Source: Opitutaceae bacterium | Lineage (GTDB): Bacteria > Verrucomicrobiota > Verrucomicrobiia > Opitutales > Opitutaceae | Direction: 5' to 3' | DNA length: 64,000 nt | NCBI GenBank assembly: GCA_016715765.1 | Contig: JADJZJ010000009.1 | Coordinates: forward strand, 30,484 to 94,483 | Shown here: positions 60,002 through 64,000 of the stretch, one piece after another | Position numbering within the stretch: position 1 is the first letter of the stretch | How the letters are laid out: each line of letters opens with the position of its first letter | Notes under the pieces: generated by a model | The model's database searches: none | Seen by the model: only the letters and a program-made list of their open reading frames with translations | What the model was told of the DNA's origin: nothing | Position numbers and translations under genes: made by a program

Positions 60002-62107
60002 TCAGCCGGCCGCTGGCGCGCGGTTGCGCTTCGCGGTCAGCGCGAGATACGCCAGGAGATAGAGCACCAGGGCGAGCAGGGCCGTCGCCCGCAGTCCGCC
60101 GAGCATCGAAAAGTATTCCAGGCAGCCGCCGAGCACCGCGCCCAGCAGGTTGGCGCCCAGGGCCGCCGCCGGATCCGGCTCGCGCTTCAGCAGCATCGGC
60201 ACGATCACGCCGGCAATCCCGATCGGCAGCCCCGTGAGCAGGCCCCCGATCAGGCCGCGGACCGGCAACGACAGGGTGTGGAGCCACCCGACGGGAAAAA
60301 AGTAGAGCAGCAGCACGGCCAGGACCAACGCGCCAAACCACGGCCGCGGATCCTGCCACTGCCAGCGCACCACCGCGGCATTGGCGGCGATCACCATCAC
60401 GAGAATGCCCGCGAAAACCACGGAATTCACCACCCAGGTGGAACCGAACAGGAGTGACAGACTCGTCACCCCGCGGGTTTCGATCAGCAGGAAGGCCGCG
60501 CCCATCAGGAACAGCGGCCAGTGAAACGCCACCCCCTCCCGGCCAAAGCCGAAGACCCGGCGCACGCTCACCAGGGCGAAGGTCAGGATCAACCCGATCA
60601 CCGCGAGGTAACCCCACGGAATCACCCCGGGGCGCAGGTACAGGAACGGCCAGTCGTCGCTCGTGGTCTGAGTCTGCTCGTTGGTCCGCGCGGGGGTCAG
60701 TTTCATCCGCGCCGCGATCATCGCCTCATCAAGTCGCGCCTCGGGTCGCGGCACGACGTACGTCACCGTGCCGCTGTGCAACCGGCTGTAAAAGGCGATG
60801 GGCTCGCGGCCCGTGGCGCGCGCGACGGTCCAATAGAGCCGCTCGAAAAACCAGTCGCCCGCCATGCAGGAAATGGCGAGCGAGAGGTGCCCGCCGGGGC
60901 CGACGTGGCCCCAGGCGGCCCGGATGCCTTCCTCGGTGTAAACGTAGTTGTCGAGCCGCAGCGTGGACATCGCCGAACTCATCGCGTGGGAGTCCAGGAG
61001 CCCGAAGCAGACCACGTCATACGCCTCGCCGCGGTGCTTGCTGAAGAAAGCGCGGGCGTCGTCCACCACCGGTTCCACCGCCGGATTCGCATAGGGCGCC
61101 TCCGGGTGCAGCTGCCGGCCGAGCGCGATGATGCGGCCGTCGATATCCACGCTCGTCACGTGCCGGTAACCGTGCCGCAGGGCGGCCTGCACGTCGTTGC
61201 CGGTGCCGGCGCCCACCACCACGGCCCGGTCGCGCCTGGCATTGAGGACAAACGGCAGGTCGTAGAGATCGCGCAGCCCCTGCAGCGAAGACTCCTGTTC
61301 CGCCGGTCCGGCCGATTGCGCGAGCCGCGCATCCGACAGGTTGTACATGTATTGGTGGAAGTCGCGATTGACGCGCAGCTCGATCTCGCCCGTGGTGAGC
61401 CGCAGCAGGTCGATGCGGTTGTACGGGGAATAAATCGCCGACTGCACCGACAGGTGCGCCAGCCAGATCACCGCGGCCGCCAGGATCACCGCACTCCAGT
61501 GCCGCGCCAGCCAGACCAGGGGGATGCAGCCGAGGGCGAGCCAGACCGGCGGACCGGCATCGAAGTACGCCGCCAGGGTGAACGCCAGCACGCCGAGGAG
61601 CGAACCCGCCAGGTCCGCGTGGTAGGCCCGCAGCGTTTCCAGCCGGCCGAAGAAATACCCGAGCGGCGCGCCACAGCAGACGAACACCGCCACGATCAGC
61701 CCGAGCAGCCCGGCAAAGATCGCCATGTTGCCGGCAAACCGGTACACGTTGCCGGGCACGATCTGGGCGCCCCACAGCATGATGCTCTGGTCGGGAAAAC
61801 CCATGCGCATCAGCCCGAGCGGCTGGGAGAACGCCAGCGCCAGCGAGAGCAGCAGCAATACCGGCAGGGCCAGATGCACCAGGCCCGGCCGCCGCCGGCC
61901 CAACGCCACCCCCAGGCCCATGCCGAGAAACGCGCAAATCAGGACGACATTGTTGAAATAAGCGAACACCCGGACCTGGGACGAAGTCCAGCGGATCAGG
62001 GCCAGTTCCAGCGCCAGGATGCCAAAGGTGGTCAGGCCGATCAGCCAGGGCAGCGGTTCGCGCCGCCGGGCCCACGCCGTGCTGTGGATGATTTGTTTGA
62101 AGCTCAA
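60002..62107 (-). CDS. spermidine/spermine-synthase-like methyltransferase-fold domain fused between two polytopic membrane domains
   Basis: 701 aa, TTG start. The central SAM-fold region is RAVVVGAGTGNDVQAALRHGYRHVTSVDIDGRII…YDVVCFGLLDSH, with many TM helices on both sides. Confidence 0.75.
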   Translation of the reverse strand: MSFKQIIHSTAWARRREPLPWLIGLTTFGILALELALIRWTSSQVRVFAYFNNVVLICAFLGMGLGVALGRRRPGLVHLALPVLLLLSLALAFSQPLGLMRMGFPDQSIMLWGAQIVPGNVYRFAGNMAIFAGLLGLIVAVFVCCGAPLGYFFGRLETLRAYHADLAGSLLGVLAFTLAAYFDAGPPVWLALGCIPLVWLARHWSAVILAAAVIWLAHLSVQSAIYSPYNRIDLLRLTTGEIELRVNRDFHQYMYNLSDARLAQSAGPAEQESSLQGLRDLYDLPFVLNARRDRAVVVGAGTGNDVQAALRHGYRHVTSVDIDGRIIALGRQLHPEAPYANPAVEPVVDDARAFFSKHRGEAYDVVCFGLLDSHAMSSAMSTLRLDNYVYTEEGIRAAWGHVGPGGHLSLAISCMAGDWFFERLYWTVARATGREPIAFYSRLHSGTVTYVVPRPEARLDEAMIAARMKLTPARTNEQTQTTSDDWPFLYLRPGVIPWGYLAVIGLILTFALVSVRRVFGFGREGVAFHWPLFLMGAAFLLIETRGVTSLSLLFGSTWVVNSVVFAGILVMVIAANAAVVRWQWQDPRPWFGALVLAVLLLYFFPVGWLHTLSLPVRGLIGGLLTGLPIGIAGVIVPMLLKREPDPAAALGANLLGAVLGGCLEYFSMLGGLRATALLALVLYLLAYLALTAKRNRAPAAG

Positions 62108-62256
62108 AGGCGCCCATCAAGTTTGGCCGGTGGGTGGCTTGGCAATACAAATGCCAGCGGCCCGCCCCGTTCGGGACCGGCCGGCATCGCTTCGTTTCAT
62201 TTCCACCCTTGCCAACCCCGGGAAGCCGGACTGACTTTTGCAGCTTCCCTCCCCGC

Positions 62257-62733
62257 ATGCCCGGCCGCCTGTCCCAACTTCTCGATCCCAACCGCATCAA
62301 CCTGCATGTGCAGGGCACCAAGCGCACCGTGGCGCTCAACGAGGTGGCCCGGCTGCTCTCCACCCACCCCGAGGTCGCGAACTTCGACGGTTTTTACAAC
62401 GAACTGCTGGCCCGGGAACGGCTCGACACCACCTACCTGGGCAACGAGATCGCCCTGCCCCACGCCCGCACCGAGCACGTGAAGAGCATCGTGCTCGCCA
62501 TCGGCCGCAGCGACACCGGCATCCATTTCGAAAACTGCAACCAGACCGTCCGGCTGATGTTCATCCTCGGCACGCCGAAGTCGAATCCCACCGACTACCT
62601 CATGGTCGTCAGCACGCTCTGCAAAATCCTCAAGGAACCCGCCAACCGCGAGACGCTCATGGGCGCCGCCACCCCGGAGGAATTCGCCGCCGCCCTGACC
62701 GCGGCCGAGGCGAGACTGTTCGCTCCCGCCTGA
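62257..62733 (+). CDS. ptsN: PTS EIIA(Ntr)-type regulatory protein
   Basis: From ATG 62257: MPGRLSQLLDPNRINLHVQGTKRTVALNEV…GNEIALPHART…VRLMFILGTP (EIIA type-2 fold with the active-site His context). Confidence 0.8.
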   Translation: MPGRLSQLLDPNRINLHVQGTKRTVALNEVARLLSTHPEVANFDGFYNELLARERLDTTYLGNEIALPHARTEHVKSIVLAIGRSDTGIHFENCNQTVRLMFILGTPKSNPTDYLMVVSTLCKILKEPANRETLMGAATPEEFAAALTAAEARLFAPA

Positions 62734-62785
62734 CGCGGAAGCAGCCTTGGCAAAGGCGCCGCGACCCTTAGCCTGACTCCGCGGC

Positions 62786-63754
62786 ATGATCCATTCCTTC
62801 ATCTTCAGCGAGGGCAAGCTCGTCGGCCAGGACCTCGAACTCGAGGCCCTGCGGCTCGTGGCGGCCGACAAGGGCCTGCTGCTCTGGGTCGATCTGGCCG
62901 ATCCCACCCCGGAGGAAACCAAGTCCATCCTCGAGGGCGTCTTCCAGTTCCACCCGCTCGCCATCGAGGACTGCACCACGCCCAACTCGCTGCCCAAGGT
63001 GGAGGATTATGAGGATTACCTCTTCCTCGTCATCCACGGCGTCGACTACACGCGCACCGACAAGTTCAGCACCACGGAGCTCGGGCTCTTTCTCGGCCGG
63101 GATTTCCTGGTCACCTTTCACCGCCGGCCCATGCGCAGCGTGCAAAGCACCATGGACCGCTGCACCAAGAACGTCGCCGGCATCACGCGCAGCGCCGACC
63201 GGCTGGCGCACCAGGTGCTCGATCTGCTGACCGACAACTACAAGCCCGTCGTCGAGGAACTCCGGGGCGAGATCGAGGAACTGGAGGAGACCGTGCTCGC
63301 CCGTTCCTCGGAGAATCTCATCCCCTCCCTGCTCGCCCTGAAGAGCGATCTCTCCCACCTGCGGCAGACCGTGCGCCCGCAGCGCGACGTCATCAACCGC
63401 CTGGCCCATGGCGAGTCCCGCACCATCCGCGCCACCTCGCTGCCCTATTACCGCGACTTGCGCGACAACCTCATCCGCATTGATGAAACGGCCGCCGGCT
63501 ACGCCGACCAGTTGCTGATCTCCTTCGATCTCTACCTCAACAAGTCGTCCTTCCAGGCCAACGAAGGCATCAAGGTGCTCACGGCCCTCACCGCCATCGC
63601 CCTGCCCGCCACCATCATCGGCACCTGGTACGGGATGAACTTCAAGCACATGCCCGAGCTCCAATCGCCCTACGGCTACCCGGTCTGTGTCGGGATCACC
63701 CTGGTGCTCACGTTCTTCATGTGGATCTGGTGCAAGCGCCGGAAATGGATCTGA
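62786..63754 (+). CDS. corA: CorA-family magnesium/cobalt transporter
   Basis: 322 aa with FHPLAIEDC, the GMN motif WYGMNFKHMPEL, and two C-terminal TM helices. Confidence 0.9.
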   Translation: MIHSFIFSEGKLVGQDLELEALRLVAADKGLLLWVDLADPTPEETKSILEGVFQFHPLAIEDCTTPNSLPKVEDYEDYLFLVIHGVDYTRTDKFSTTELGLFLGRDFLVTFHRRPMRSVQSTMDRCTKNVAGITRSADRLAHQVLDLLTDNYKPVVEELRGEIEELEETVLARSSENLIPSLLALKSDLSHLRQTVRPQRDVINRLAHGESRTIRATSLPYYRDLRDNLIRIDETAAGYADQLLISFDLYLNKSSFQANEGIKVLTALTAIALPATIIGTWYGMNFKHMPELQSPYGYPVCVGITLVLTFFMWIWCKRRKWI

Positions 63755-63761
63755 CCGCGCC

Positions 63762-64000
63762 ATGATCACCACGCTCGTTTACCGGGACGCGCGCTTCGTC
63801 GCCCACAACCCGCCGGCCGACACCCTGGCCGCCCTGCGCGCCGAACCCGGCATCATGCTCTGGGTGGACCTCGCGTCGCCGACCGCTGACGAAACCAAAC
63901 TGGTGCTCGAATCCGTCTTCGCCTTCCACCCCCTGGCCATCGAGGACTGCGTCATTGATTCGCCCTTTCCCAAGCTGGAGGAATACGACGACTACCTCTA
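63762..64000 (+). CDS. corA: second CorA-family transporter (partial; runs off window end)
   Basis: ATG 63762: MITTLVYRDARFVAHNPP…MLWVDLASPTADETKLVLESVFAFHPLAIEDC…, collinear with the preceding CorA N-terminus. Confidence 0.8.
   Translation, partial: MITTLVYRDARFVAHNPPADTLAALRAEPGIMLWVDLASPTADETKLVLESVFAFHPLAIEDCVIDSPFPKLEEYDDYL

Overview
This is a 64-kb chromosomal segment of about 65% G+C, densely coded on both strands and mostly housekeeping. The gene content suggests a PVC-group bacterium, possibly Verrucomicrobiota/Opitutales; this is inference only. The supporting traits are pilMNOPQ, many prepilin-type N-termini, a bS22-like micro-ORF, and GTAG-headed REP hairpins in almost every intergenic gap. 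Recognised genes in order: hutU (partial), hutH, hemN, sufU-sufS, an MBL hydrolase, an unusually long PFOR-family oxidoreductase, chrA, a YdbS/YdbT-like PH-domain pair, an aminotransferase, a LysM/TPR lipoprotein, kpsF, a Gfo/Idh/MocA oxidoreductase, a class I fumarase, yjbQ, fumC, an ECF sigma/anti-sigma pair, a polyprenyl synthase, a CPBP protease, pilMNOPQ, a bS22-like 33-aa gene, addB-addA, rpsT, rnpB, a COG1579 Zn-ribbon gene, gyrB-gyrA, a membrane-fused spermidine-synthase-like protein, ptsN and two corA paralogs. I found no tRNA, rRNA, CRISPR array, transposase or integrase. The most unusual region is 41.5-53.1 kb. It holds two paralogous NarL-type two-component systems followed by two paralogous GspI/J/K-like pseudopilin modules with large Gly/Asn-repeat K-like proteins, one pair tandemly duplicated. 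The second response-regulator ORF runs without a stop codon into a prepilin leader and G|FTLVE cleavage site. A shared TAGGCCTGAA motif sits upstream of both pilin-like operons. As assembled, PFOR, the pilQ secretin and the second histidine kinase are frame-disrupted, and gyrA possibly is at its 5' end. The three disruptions that can be localised lie in or next to short homopolymer runs (GC-rich in PFOR and the kinase); the pilQ disruption cannot be pinned to a site. Assembly indels must therefore be excluded before calling these pseudogenes. All coordinates and translations were derived by eye from the sequence and the supplied ORF track; no searches were run.
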